From: Harriotta raleighana
Lineage: Eukaryota
Direction of reading: 5' to 3'
Length of the DNA: 64,000 nt
Assembly: GCA_050575255.1 (NCBI GenBank)
Contig: JBNZDD010013730.1
Location: 1,350,559 to 1,414,558, forward strand
Each line of letters opens with the position of its first letter. Within the stretch, counting starts at the first letter, position 1. The position numbers were made by a program, and so were the translations under genes. The notes beneath the pieces were generated by a model. The model saw only the letters and a program-made list of their open reading frames with translations. It was not told the DNA's origin and did no database searches. This document shows, one piece after another, positions 12,898 through 25,062 of the stretch.

Positions 12898-13132
12898 CTA
12901 TCGATTACAGAAATAATTTGAAAGAAAGTTCATGCTGACTATCAGCATCACAAATTCCCTCTTTGAAAGAGACCTAATTTTCATAATGTCGTGTTAGCTC
13001 ACCCACAATCTCAGGGTGCATGTGCAAGCTGGAAATATATTGGTACGGGTCCGAAAGAGTGCATGGAAACATTAGTGCTTTAAACATGAATCGCATTTGG
13101 AAGCTTATACTCTGGAGATTCCTCCAACTTAC

Positions 13133-13225
13133 CTCTTTCTTAGCCGAAGTTGGACAGTAGAAGAAATAGTAAGGGTTTGAAGGCACGGTCTTGAAATGTT
13201 GTCGACAAATCTCCAGAAACTTGTC
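13133..13225 (-). CDS. SZT2: SZT2 coding exon 30
   Basis: [31 protein letters not shown]. Confidence 0.96.
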
Positions 13226-13625
13226 CTAAGTAAACGGGTTTCAAAAGAAGCACTAAATCCAGGTATATATATTTTCACCCACAACATATACAAGTCACTT
13301 TACAGTATACTCTGTGAAGCGCTCCGAGACGCCATCTGCCTTGAAGGGGATTACATAAATGTAAGTTGTCGTTGATGTTGTATTAACAGGTGAGCCCATC
13401 TTGGAAATGTAGGTTATTTTGCAGACATACTACAATAGGCCTTTATAATTTTAAGGAGCCCCATTTTTAAAAATGCTGATATTACATCCTCTATGTTTGA
13501 ATGGTGCATTTCATCATTTGCAACATACAGAATTCTGCTTCCACATGATCTTTTAACACATTTGTCGTTTACAAACATTTCCATAACTAGGCATTTGTGC
13601 TGAGTGTACATAGAGAATGCAATAC

Positions 13626-13788
13626 CTGAATGATTTTGTGAAGGTTAGGGTAAACCTCACACTGCTGGCTGGACTGCAGCAGCGAGAGATGGAATTCCGG
13701 ATAGTTTTTCTTCACTTTTACTTCTTCCTGCATCACTGGCGATGCCACACTCTTCAAATCATGTTCACCAAAGTCTTCAGTTTCTATG
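13626..13788 (-). CDS. SZT2: SZT2 coding exon 29
   Basis: IETEDFGE...NLHKIIQ. Confidence 0.9.
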
Positions 13789-13941
13789 CTGGGAGCACAA
13801 CAAGAATACTTTCAGAAGACCAGGAATGTCTATAGCTCACTGAGAGTTAACAATAATGGGGGCTAGAGGGAAACTTGTCCTTTGATGATTCACTAGAAAG
13901 TATAGAGAAAACACTATACATCATATTGATTCCATTGGCAT

Positions 13942-14257
13942 GGAGCTCCTGTAGCTCAGTGGTTAGAGCACTCGCCTTACAAGCGTGAGACCTGTGTTCG
14001 AATCCAAGCAGGTCAGGGGGAAACCATGGGCAAGTTTCTTTACTCCATACGCCTAATAATAATCCCTCCCCCAATTTTTATTTTAAATTCGTCATTTGAA
14101 TCCACGACTGTTTGTGGGACACTGCTCTGTGCAATTAGCTATCGCGTTTCGCCCATAAGTATACAGTCAATTCACTTTACAGTATATTCTGTAAAGTGCT
14201 TTGAGACGTCTAGAAGATGCGAAAAGCGCTACATCAAATGCAAGTATTATTGTTATT
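13942..14257 (+). mobile_element. tRNA-derived SINE, full length
   Basis: A-box TAGCTCAGTGG, B-box GTTCGAATCC, core ctgtttgtgggacactgct, hairpin tail and (TAT)n. Confidence 0.9.
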
Positions 14258-14493
14258 TACTCTCAGGGGTAAAAGTACAGGAAACAGGCAGCCCAGGTTA
14301 AGCCCAGTGCGAATTACACCCATCATGTTTATGTTATAAGATGCACAAACCAACCACATTGCTCACTCTCTAATCTTACCTTGAGACCCATGCTAAGATA
14401 ATTTCTGAAACAAGTTTGTTTCAGATTCCCAGCACCTGGGGTATTTTGCATTTTGTCGAAGATATTTTTTCTGTTCCCTCTCAAGCGCCTTAC

Positions 14494-14755
14494 CTTGAAG
14501 TGGATGCTAGAGTGCCCCTCTGAGCCCTCTCATCCTCACGATCTGCTCCTCTAATGACAAACGTGGTGGGGTTAGACTCGTGATCGTTCCACAGTTGCAG
14601 GTCATGACACTCACGGAATGAACGAATATGTCCACACAGTGTCTGCAGGAAATTGGTGATGTCTATCTCTTGCAGCAACTCCTCACAGTAGTCCATGGCT
14701 GTTAAGAGGTCCTGAGAGCTCATGTAATACGATTGCTGCAAACTCCTAAACACAC
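14494..14755 (-). CDS. SZT2: SZT2 coding exon 28
   Basis: GVFRSLQQ...[21 protein letters not shown]. Confidence 0.96.
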
Positions 14756-15214
14756 CTTCAAAAGAAGAACGCAATCTTAAAACAAAGAGAGATTCAAAAC
14801 AAACCTTTCCCACTTGACACAGAAGTGGACAAAATTGCATCTAGATTTACTCGATTTATGTGGCGTTCAGAGCTATATTTTACTTAAAATGAATCTCATC
14901 TTTTATAAGTAAACTTCATACAAATGAGTCTTGCACGACTAGGCTGGGATGTTCAGAACATTTCATGACAAATGGATCAAGTGTTACAGCCAAAGACACT
15001 CACTTATATGTAAGCCAATAAAAGTGAAATAATTTAAAGATAATATTTAGCGATGCAAAATTGGTGCACAAACATTAAATCACAAATAGCAAACGTTCAC
15101 TGGACAAATTGTTGAACATTTAATTTCCCATCCGTGGACCTCCACTCACTTATCACTGATTAGATTTTCAGCCATACTCTTGCAATAAGTCTGCTTATCA
15201 CTGTCACAATGTAC

Positions 15215-15342
15215 CTTTTGCATAACACTGGTGGTAATGTTCCTGCAGCAAGCAGCAGTAATTGGAAAGCTCTTTGTTCTTATGGTGACGGGATATCGGA
15301 TCGATCCAGGGGGAGTTTGCTGGCCGTTCATGGGAGAGTGAC
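15215..15342 (-). CDS. SZT2: SZT2 coding exon 27
   Basis: ...KELSNYCCLLQEHYHQCYAK. Confidence 0.92.
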
Positions 15343-15607
15343 CTAAAGGAACCAGAGGAGACAACAGCATGCTGTTAATAGCAAGCCAGCAAATGTTAAT
15401 GCTCCAGTCCATTGTGATATGGATCCAATTCAGTCCCCACCACCAAAGCAGATACTGGAACCAACAAACAATGGTTTTAAACCAAAGGAATCAGGAAAAG
15501 TTTAAACCAAATAAATACATACAACTCTTTAAAGCAACAAGACTATTGTCTGTGAAGCTCATCATTAACAGCCAATAGATATCATATATGCATAACTACT
15601 TCTACTG

Positions 15608-16444
15608 CGTCAGCGCCTCCGCAACTCGGGTGCTGACAGCATCAGCATCCAAGGCTGCACTCTCCAGCTCGCAAAGCCAGTCAGGAACCTTGGTGTTCTA
15701 TTTGACCCTGAGCTGTCCTTTCTCCCCCACATCCGCGCCACAACTGGCATTGCCTTCTACCACCTCCGGAACATCGCCAGACTACGACACTCCCTCACCC
15801 CTCACGCTGCTGAAACACTAGTCCATGCCTTCATCACCTCAAGGCTGGACTATGGGAACTCTCTCCTCGTAGGCCTTCCCGGCTCCTCCATCCACAAGCT
15901 GCAGGTCATCCAGAACTCTGCAGCTCGTGTACTCTCCTGCACCAGGCTTCGAGACCACATCACTCCCACCCTCGCCCGTCTCCACTGGCTCCCCATCCCC
16001 CAGAGGATCGAATTCAAGATCCTCATCCTTACCTACAAGGCCATTCACTGCCTTGCTCCCTCCTACCTCTCCGACCTACTATCCCCCGATCTACCTGCCC
16101 GTACCCTCCGTTCCTCTGGCTCTGGTCTGCTCCACATCCCCTGCCCTAACCGTCCTACCATTGGCGGCCGGGCTTTCAGCCGCTCAGCCCCCAGGCTCTG
16201 GAACTCCATCCCCCTGTGCCTTCGCCTCGCTCCCTCCCTTTCCTCTTTCAAGGCCGGTCTCAAGACCTTTTTCTTCGACCGTGCCTTCAGCTCCCCGCTC
16301 GAGTCTCTACCCCCTCCTCGCTCCCACCCTCCCCTCGCCCTGAACATTTCCCCTTGCTCGGGTGCTAAACTAACTGTCCAGCGCCTTGGGTTGTCCTCCC
16401 GACGTGAAACACGCTCTATAAATGCAATCTTGTTGTTGTTGTTG
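15608..16444 (+). mobile_element. 5'-truncated L2-clade LINE (ORF2 C-terminus plus tail)
   Basis: VRNLGVLFDPELSF...HAFITSRLDYGNSLL...LHWLPIPQRIEFKIL...RAFSRSAPRLWNS...FKAGLKT; (TTG)n tail; TACTG on both flanks. Confidence 0.95.
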
Positions 16445-17644
16445 TACTGGTATGAGCATCAGTACCCAAACCTGCAATTTAATGGATCTTAAATGTGGCT
16501 TAAATTTAGAAACTCTTGACTATTAAACATGAATGATCAAGATTTACTCCAACAGATTACTCTCCCCCAATTGATGGAAGGTGGCTTTCAATTGTTATTA
16601 GGAGTTTTTACTCCAATTATATGTAGTAAAAAGCCACAATTCGAGTCAAGATTGTGTGGGGATCAGCATTAAGAACACTTTCAGGCCTGGCATTTCCAGG
16701 TAATCCTGATTGAATCCATTTGGAATTAATAAATGTAAACCACATATTAGATACTCCCTCTTCATATTTTAAAAAAGATAATAGTTTCAGCTCAATTCCT
16801 AACCCCATTCTTTTGGTTGGTCTTGGATTGTTTTTTTAAAAAATGGTCACTGAGCAGATCTAGAAACAGTAATATCGAACTGTCCCACGATAACAGCATC
16901 ACTAATAAAAATAATAATCCCTGCATTAAATATAGTACATTATTACGCCATTGAGACGTCTCAAAAGAGCTTCACGGACTATCGTGAAGTGTAGTGACTG
17001 TATTTTGTGTGCAAAACAAAACGAGACAAAAGAGAATGCTCAATACCAGTTATTCTCCGCTAATCACATTTGCACAAAGAGATGATAAAAGCAGCATCTC
17101 CACTGCTGTTCGTTGCACTTGTACATGTACAGTATACAGGAAAGATGAAATGGAAATTCATTTTTGTACTCAGCCCCACAGAGCTCAGCAAAAATGGACA
17201 GAAGTCACTGCAATCCACACTCAAGCACAGCATCCAACAAGCAGATTGTAGAGCAACACTGACAAAGACGTAGAAATAAGCTTCCTCCCCCATCCTTTTT
17301 TTTTCTTTGAGTGTGGTGCCTGAGAGATCAGTGCAGGAGAAATGAGAAAAAAAATCGAGCACAGTTGCATACAAATATTATGTGTTGGTTATAATGGGCC
17401 AGTTGCATGCGAGTCATCACCCAACAGTAAATGTCCAAATTTATAGCAGGAATGAATTCCTTAACCCAAACTGTTAAGCAGGCCCAGCAAGCAGCCAGTG
17501 CAAATCAAGGCTTGAGCTGATGGCTTTGCTACCTGTTTTTCATATCCGGACACATTTCCCAGGAAACATTGTCTTGAAATCTACTCGTTCAAAAAGAGGG
17601 AAAAAATACACAATCCAGTCAGTACCTCCTGAGGGAAATGCGCA

Positions 17645-17683
<39 letters not shown>

Positions 17684-18204
17684 CTGAATTTGCATTATCC
17701 GCATAAAGGAAAACCTTCTTACAAGTTATGAGCTCATAACCTAATCAGTAACCAGGATGGAAGAGAACTCTACTTACACAAAAATACACAACTCAATATA
17801 TAATTCCATCACATCCCAGGGGCCTAAGCACTGCCCCAACTCCTGCAGTGAATGCTTTTATTTACTTTTCAAGCAATTAAATGTGCTCTTCCCTGAATTA
17901 CTTTGCTAGTCCAGGTAGACTTAAGCATTCCAGGAAGAGTCTCTGTAATTAGATTTTAGGTTTCATGTAGGTTATGTGTTATATAAATGGAAAATTCCTA
18001 CATGAAGTCTCTCTCTTATCTTTCGTGCTAGCGTGAATTAGTGCATTAACACTTACCACACTATAGTTATCAGTAAATAATTGATCGGATTGATGAGTAG
18101 ATTGCCGTGCTTTTGAAACGTATTTTTGTAATTAGTCTATAACCATGTCAACTCTCTGAACTGAGTGAACAGGATACGCAAATGAGGTTCGAATGGTTTC
18201 CCAC

Positions 18205-18406
18205 CTGAAATACATATCCCGGGTAGATCGTTCAGCACCAGGATTTACAAGCTGCTCTCTCAACGAGTCCAGAGAACAATTATATACGTAAACCGGACAG
18301 TGAAGATGGTTGAGATCAGAGTCGATCTGAGATGTCTGTCGGCTGAATGTGATGTGAAAATCTTTCTTCGGAGGTAAACTAAATTCCACTCGTTCCTTTA
18401 TCATTT
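18205..18406 (-). CDS. SZT2: SZT2 coding exon 26
   Basis: ...HCPVYVYNCSLDSLREQLV...RDMYFR. Confidence 0.93.
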
Positions 18407-18885
18407 CTAAAGGAACAAAGACAGGATTTATAGGCAATTGGTGACAAAAAAGCAGTTGTGGAGGGCATTCTTTGAACAGACTCACATGTACCAAAAGGAT
18501 TACAACAATTAGAATGGCTGAAATCATGCTCTTTACAGACAATTCTAACAGTTACATCAAAATACTGGGCTCGCACCATGCCTTGGAGGAAGGAGTCTAG
18601 GAAGGCGATTGATACCCAAACAATTCCAGCATCAAAGTACCTTCAGCAGATGAAGGGATAAAAATCTGTTTGTGCTTCAGCAAAAAAATGCTAAGGAAAT
18701 GGGTGGTTTAGATGCGTTAGTAGACAGTCATTCCATCACTGGATTTAAATCTGGTTCGGTTTGATAAAATAAAGGCTTCCTATCTCTACTGCCTATTATT
18801 AGTCTGGAATGTTTGACCTATAGTAGGAGGTCAGTAAATATCATGCACACAAGGGAAAAAAACTACTTATGAGAGCCTTCCATAC

Positions 18886-19230
18886 CTGCACTGGGTTGGA
18901 GTTTCCCATTTTCAAGGTCAGTTTCAAAATCTGCCAGAGTAGGTGACAGGAGTGGGGTGGGTCTGGGAGAATGATTTTCTAGTCCTGGGGAGTGCAACGA
19001 TGGTACGAAGCTTCCTCGAGTGCCACAATTTTTCAAGCTCTGACCAACTTCACCCTCAATTACGTCCCCAACAGTAGATACATCGGACTTCTGTTCTGCT
19101 GACGCTGCACTGAATGATCCAGGACACTCGCTCAACACTGACTCTGTTAGTTCTACTTGCAGAATCTCCTCCCCTGGTCTATCAGGTTTTGCGTTTTTGT
19201 CAACCGGAGGAACCATCAGTCGTTGCAAAT
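18886..19230 (-). CDS. SZT2: SZT2 coding exon 25
   Basis: DLQRLMVPP...QPSA; CAG|gtatgg donor gives the phase 1 required by the next exon. Confidence 0.85.
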
Positions 19231-19673
19231 CTAACGGAAAAGAAGGTCAGATTCAGCATCCTTAAAAACAAATAACGTGTAGCTTTCAATATAAAACTGC
19301 TTTCCACCAGCTCCCAAAACGACACAAGCAAATCAATATTGGAAAATTGCCATTTTGAGACTCCAAACTCAATTGCGAGCCATCAGCAATTTTCAAATGA
19401 AAATAAGTTACCAATAATTATAACCAGAGGGTCAGACCTGGCACAGTTGTACTTGGATAAGCCTGTCGCAGGGGTATTTCTGGTAGCAACGTAACTTAAA
19501 CCCTCATCATAGACAGAAGGATATCGGAGAAACGACAACTTGCACTCATATGCCATCATTTACATAAAGAACTTCTCAACAAGCTTAACCCACCGGTGGC
19601 AAGGATATAAAGAAAATCTTGAAACCCCGCTGGTGATATGATTTACAAATGAGAATTGTCATACATCGCTTAC

Positions 19674-19809
19674 CCGCGAAAGTAGCTGGCAGGAAGGTGA
19701 GAAAGATTTGCTGTGAGTTCATAGACCTGGCATAGCACCTCCACTGTGGCACACTCTCACTCTCAGCTGGGATTACAGTCTCCTCAGTCATCTCAGCATT
19801 ACCTACACT
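19674..19809 (-). CDS. SZT2: SZT2 coding exon 24
   Basis: SVG...[25 protein letters not shown]. Confidence 0.93.
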
Positions 19810-20228
19810 CTAACCAAATAAAGTTAAAAACTGACTTGCATATTTATTAATGATAAAAATAATAATATTAATTTGGTCACTCAATTCATGACTGCTTGTG
19901 CGACGCGGCTGTGCTGAATTAGTGGCAGCGACTTTCCCACAAAACATGCAGTCAATTCACTTTACAGTATATTCCGTGAAGCGCTTTGAGACGCCTTGAA
20001 GACTGATAAGACACTATATCAAATGCGAGTATTATTATTATTATATTATCATGGTTAAAGAACATCAGAAATGAGGCATCAGAAATTCAATCTACTGCTT
20101 ATGCTTTACTTGGTTACAACGGATTTGGGGAGTACAAATATCCATTATTTGCACTAACGTCACTCAGCTATCTCCACTCAGCAATGAGAACCTCTTTGAC
20201 CCTCTCACATAATTTGAATCCCATTTAC

Positions 20229-20335
20229 TTGCAAGGTGCTGGTCGATCCCATGACTTCTTTGTTACTCCCAAGGGTATGCAAGGATATCATGGTGTCTGG
20301 TCTGTCCGGCTTCTTGGCCACTTTCACTGGCTCTT
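20229..20335 (-). CDS. SZT2: SZT2 coding exon 23
   Basis: EPVKVAKKPDRPD...KEVMGSTSTLQ; poorly conserved, but phase 1 to 0 bridges its neighbours. Confidence 0.8.
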
Positions 20336-20839
20336 CTACAAAAGAAAAGAAAAACCACACTCAACAAAGGTTATGTTCCGCTGACTGTTTCATAAATCAA
20401 AACACCAATTTTAGGAACACAACAAGCAAAGATGAATGTGGAATTGAATTAAATCAAAAGGTCGCAAATAAGAATTTTGCATGACCAGGACAGCAGTTAA
20501 TATTAATAATAATAAACATTCACAACTACTCTAAAACCATGTTTGCTCCTCAAATTTGAACTGGCCCGAAGCCAAGCCTACAGGAGAAAAAGGTTTCTTT
20601 GGTTAGTCTACAACAAATCATAAAGAAATGTTAAAAATTATAAAATGTAAAGCACAGGAAAAGAGATTTATCCTTTTTTTAATGTGCAGAAATGCACAAG
20701 AATAGGGCTGAAAGAGCAAGAGGATTTTTTTAAAAAAAATTCTAAAACAAGTCATGCAAACAAATCAATCGAAGTTCTAATCATTGAATCTGTTACTGAG
20801 AAGCAGTTTCCTCCCTGTTAAGAATTTGTTCCTTTTTAC

Positions 20840-21040
20840 CTTTTACAACTGGTTGGATGAAAGGGACAGGGTGGCCATCTCGATCTCGCTGCACAATTTG
20901 TTCCATTAAAGTTAGATGATCAGAATCAGCTAACGACAATTCCCGATCACTGAGATCCTGTTGTAAACAGGTGTGGAAGAGGTTTAACAAGATCTCGTTG
21001 GGTAAAGAGGACGTTTCGTCTGTACTCCCGTCATCCTCTG
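20840..21040 (-). CDS. SZT2: SZT2 coding exon 22
   Basis: PNEILLNLFHTCLQQDLSDREL; CAGCAG tandem acceptor (alternative boundary 21037). Confidence 0.92.
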
Positions 21041-21326
21041 CTGAAAATAGGAAACAAAGAGTGGACGATAAGACTTGCAAGAATTTACCTTTCTTAATGC
21101 AGTACATTTGGGGCCATAATTAATGTGTAGCCAGATATGGACATGCATATACCAGTTTATACTTGCACTGAAACCATGTGTTTATTAAATTCCAACTGTA
21201 TCTTGGACTACCTTGTAAAATAGTACATCTATCATTATTCTCAAAATACACCATCAAACAATATTTCCCATCTACTTACACTCCATCTACACTAGTTTCA
21301 GAAACAGAACATGACTGAAGCCTTAC

Positions 21327-21437
21327 CTTTACTAAAGGTGTGGAAAAACAGTTCGATTTGCTGGCACTTTGGTAAAAGCTTCATCAAATCAAACTGGAAA
21401 GGTATCACTCGGATGAAGTCATTGTCCCCATCATAAT
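21327..21437 (-). CDS. SZT2: SZT2 coding exon 21
   Basis: IPFQFDLMKLLPKCQQIELFF. Confidence 0.94.
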
Positions 21438-21597
21438 CTGTTTGAATTGAATTTTTTAAAAAAAGTAGTTATCAAACTGAGTGAAGCAGAGACAGTATTT
21501 GAGTAAAAGGAAATAATGCAATCTGGTTGTGATGATTTAACATTTCCATAGGCTCTCTACACTTTCACTCACAGTTTTCATGTCATTTGACCCATAC

Positions 21598-21712
21598 CTT
21601 CTGTGCTCCTTGATCCCCAGATTGGCAAGATGTAGTCTTTATTCTGACAAAGTTGGTTTAAATGTTCAAAAGCCAACATGGTAGATATACAAACATGGTC
21701 TCGTGGATACAT
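21598..21712 (-). CDS. SZT2: SZT2 coding exon 20
   Basis: MYPRDHVCISTMLAFEHLNQLCQNK. Confidence 0.93.
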
Positions 21713-22095
21713 CTATGGAGAGACATCACAATAAACAAGTTGCATTTGTTAGAATACCAAGATGATCAATTTCTTGCAGATCATCTTAGCAAACAAGAAA
21801 ATAAATGGTACTTAAGACTGCAGCGTACTTAAGAATTCAACTACAGTATATATTGCTCATAGCATCTCCCACATTTGAACACATAGAACAAGAACACTCC
21901 CGGAGTTAATGAGCAGTCTGTGCATCAGAATGTGGACCTCTGCCACATTTTCCTCTAAGTGCAGCTTCCAACCCTCATATAACAAACAGCGATTTAGCTT
22001 TTAAGTGGTGTTTACTCTATTTGCAAGTAAATTTCTATTTGGTAATCCTTACATATGAAAATACCCCTAATGATCATTTTAAATACATGACTCAC

Positions 22096-22264
22096 AGCTT
22101 TTGGGATGTCTAAGTATGACAATCCAGTCAAATGTTTCTGACTTTCAGCAGAGGTGAGCACATGGCCACACTGAGGCTCCACCCAGCATTCAGTCACCAA
22201 GTTCAACTCAGTGTCAAGTTCAATTGCCTCCACTTCAGTGTCATTGTCGTCATCCGTGGAGAAA
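22096..22264 (-). CDS. SZT2: SZT2 coding exon 19
   Basis: [31 protein letters not shown]...IPKA. Confidence 0.96.
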
Positions 22265-22871
22265 CTGTGAGATAATGGAGATAGGCGAATACTGTACTTG
22301 TCTGTGTGCACATATACAGGAAATAGTGGAATGTAGTAGAAGAAAGAGAATGAGGTATAGTATCAAGAAATAGTAATTACTGCCTTTTTTTTAATAAAGG
22401 CTGGTGTATTTATGTGAATTATGTACAAACAATTTGGATTTTGGCTCTAATAAAATATATCGCTAAACACTTATGAGGCTGTGGGATATCTGTGGAAAAC
22501 AACTGTTTACGTCACAGCTGCATTTTGGGATGTCTAAGTATGACAATCCAGTCAAATGTTTCTGACTTTCAGCAGTGCTGATAAAGAGGGGACCTGGATA
22601 GAGTTCTTTCAGACTCCAATATCTGCTCTCTTTGGGAAAGTGCATATTGGTGAAGAGGTGAAAGAGGCAGGCAATAAAAAGTGCAACAAAGATTCTTGAA
22701 GTCCTCATTCTAATGAAATAACCACAATAATTTTTGAAAACCACAACAATATCGGTATTTTAACAACCAGTTCTCCTAATTCGCTAGCCAGATGCCTCAA
22801 TAAATCGACTTATTTCAGATCAAAGGCATTCTGCAAAGATAATGGGATAGTGGTACCCATGGGAGGTTTAC

Positions 22872-22963
22872 CTGTCTTTAGTGGATGTAGAGTGAGGTGG
22901 GAAGATGATATACTGGACTAGGCACGTACGGATCTCCTCATCTTCATCACAATCACAATTTCC
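22872..22963 (-). CDS. SZT2: SZT2 coding exon 18
   Basis: ...[18 protein letters not shown]. Confidence 0.94.
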
Positions 22964-23149
22964 CTGCATCCAACAGACCAGTGTAAGTTAAAACGCCCCA
23001 ATCAAATGTGAAAACAACCCAGAAATAAAACAAATACAACTAAACAACAAAACAGATTTCAGTTTCAAAAGTAGTTTGAGATCTCCAATGAGATTTCAAC
23101 AAAAAACAACTGCTATAGCCCAGCACTCCAAACATTCTCTGGATCCTAC

Positions 23150-23228
23150 CTTTATAGGGAGCTCGATAACCATAGTGACAATACCATCACCAGTGGCTGC
23201 GAAATGGAACCCTTCTGACAGACGAACC
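23150..23228 (-). CDS. SZT2: SZT2 coding exon 17
   Basis: [26 protein letters not shown]. Confidence 0.96.
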
Positions 23229-23631
23229 CTGCGGAAAAGGCCAGAGGAAACAGTCAGAATGCGGACTAGGCAGGTCCATGACAAAGTGGCATTATTCAAA
23301 AATTATCATGTGGGTGAATGACAAATTATATTAATTACTTGTAGGTTTTATTGTGAGATTGGTGTTTAGATGCTGAATTTATTGAGCGCCTCGGGATGTC
23401 CTCCCGACGTGAAAGGCGCCATACAAATGTAATTTTGCTTTTGTTGCTATTTCAAAAGTTTTCTTTAACTTCAGGCAGCAATTCCACTGAGCTGGTAGAT
23501 TCTCATTTGAATCTGGCACTCGTTCAAACCACCTGTATCCTTTTATAAAACTAGATGCCGCAATTAGTTTCTAAATAGATAAATTCATGATTACATTTCT
23601 CCATTCACTAAATAAGTACTAATTTCCTTAC

Positions 23632-23868
23632 TCTGTGAGAGTAGACAATATCTGTGCCACTGAAGTGATGGGCACTGATGGACCCAGACTGGACTGCACA
23701 GACCATACCCAGCGCTGATGATAGAAGTAACGAGAAAGAGATGCGAGTGTGGAGGAGGCTGTGCGATTGGCTGTCATAGTAGTAGATCCTGGCATAGATG
23801 CTGAATGTCCAAAACTCTCCAGGTTCAAGATAAAGGGAATTCGATAGTCTGAGGGGAGCTTCTCATAC
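23632..23868 (-). CDS. SZT2: SZT2 coding exon 16
   Basis: YEKLPSDYRIPF...LASLSRYFYHQRWVWSV...LSTLTE. Confidence 0.96.
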
Positions 23869-24410
23869 CTAGAGACAGACCAAAGAGAAGTACCCGGTGA
23901 GTGGATAATGACAATGTCTGAAACGCTTGTCTTAATGAGCATTCATATGCTGATTCCTCTGTTCAGCTTCTATGCTGGGGGTGGAAAAGAATACATACAC
24001 AAAGGACCAAACTACAATATAAATCCCGGAGGCAGGGAAATCGCGGGTAATATAATGCTTAAAAGTTTGATAAGTCTTCCTAATATGATACACATTTGGT
24101 ACATTGAGCCTTGTTCTGCTCTCTAAATAGAAAGGTCAGATTAAAATAAAGCAGAGGAAATGAACCTTCATCGCAACAAGCAATGTACAGTACTTTTTAA
24201 AAAACGTTACTGATTATTTTTAGTTTTGCAGATGTGATCACTTCTCCTTTCTTTCCTCTCCCACACAGTTACAATAGTTCATGGCCTTGTATCACACTTG
24301 CATATTTTGGTATTGAAACGATGCTACTCAGTTACACTGACTCATGGTCTGCAGGTGGCAAGTTTGTGACTTCACGGCAGATTTCCCCATTTATGTTCAC
24401 AGACCAATAC

Positions 24411-24616
24411 CTAATGAGCAGCTTTTCCAATGGTTTTTTCAGGATAACAACGCAAGGACGGTCAGACAGAGCCAGCTGTGTGGTAGGAAGTGGGGGAGAC
24501 TTTGAAGGGGAGCCGTTTCCCAGGAGTTTCCTCTTGATCTTTGGCGTGGCTTCCTTGCTCTGTACCCTCTGTGGAAAACGTAGTGAGAGAATCTGATCTC
24601 GCAGCCCGTCCACAAT
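24411..24616 (-). CDS. SZT2: SZT2 coding exon 15
   Basis: [22 protein letters not shown]...KPLEKLLIR. Confidence 0.96.
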
Positions 24617-24745
24617 CTGTCAACGCAACCACAAAGAATGAATAAATACCCGATGGAGAATACACAGCTTGCAAAACACGCATCATCATTCAAATACTAG
24701 AACATGCAAACCTCTGGAATTTTTCACTTCCAAAGTGGTACCAGT

Positions 24746-25062
24746 GGAGCTCCTGTGGCTTAGTGGTTAGAGCACTCGCCTTACAAGCATGAGACCTGTG
24801 TTTGAATCCAGGCAGATCAGGGCGAAAACTTGGGCAAGTTTCCTTACTCCACACGCCTAATAATAACCCCTCCAAAAAAACCCCAATAATAAAATTGGTC
24901 ATTTCAGTCCATTGTGGGACGCTGCTGTGCGCAATTGGCTGCAGCGTTTCTCCCACAAATATACAGTCAATTCACTTCACAGTATATTCTGTGAAGCGCT
25001 TTGGGATGTCGATAAGATTTGAAAAGCGCTATATCAAATGCAAGGATTATTATTATTATTAT
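24746..25062 (+). mobile_element. tRNA-derived SINE, full length
   Basis: Closely similar to the 13942 copy. Confidence 0.9.

Noticed and set aside
13942-14015. tRNA-Val(TAC)-like sequence (also at 24746 and 9095-9167)
   Set aside because: The acceptor stem is missing and it continues into SINE body and tail, so it is a SINE head, not a tRNA gene
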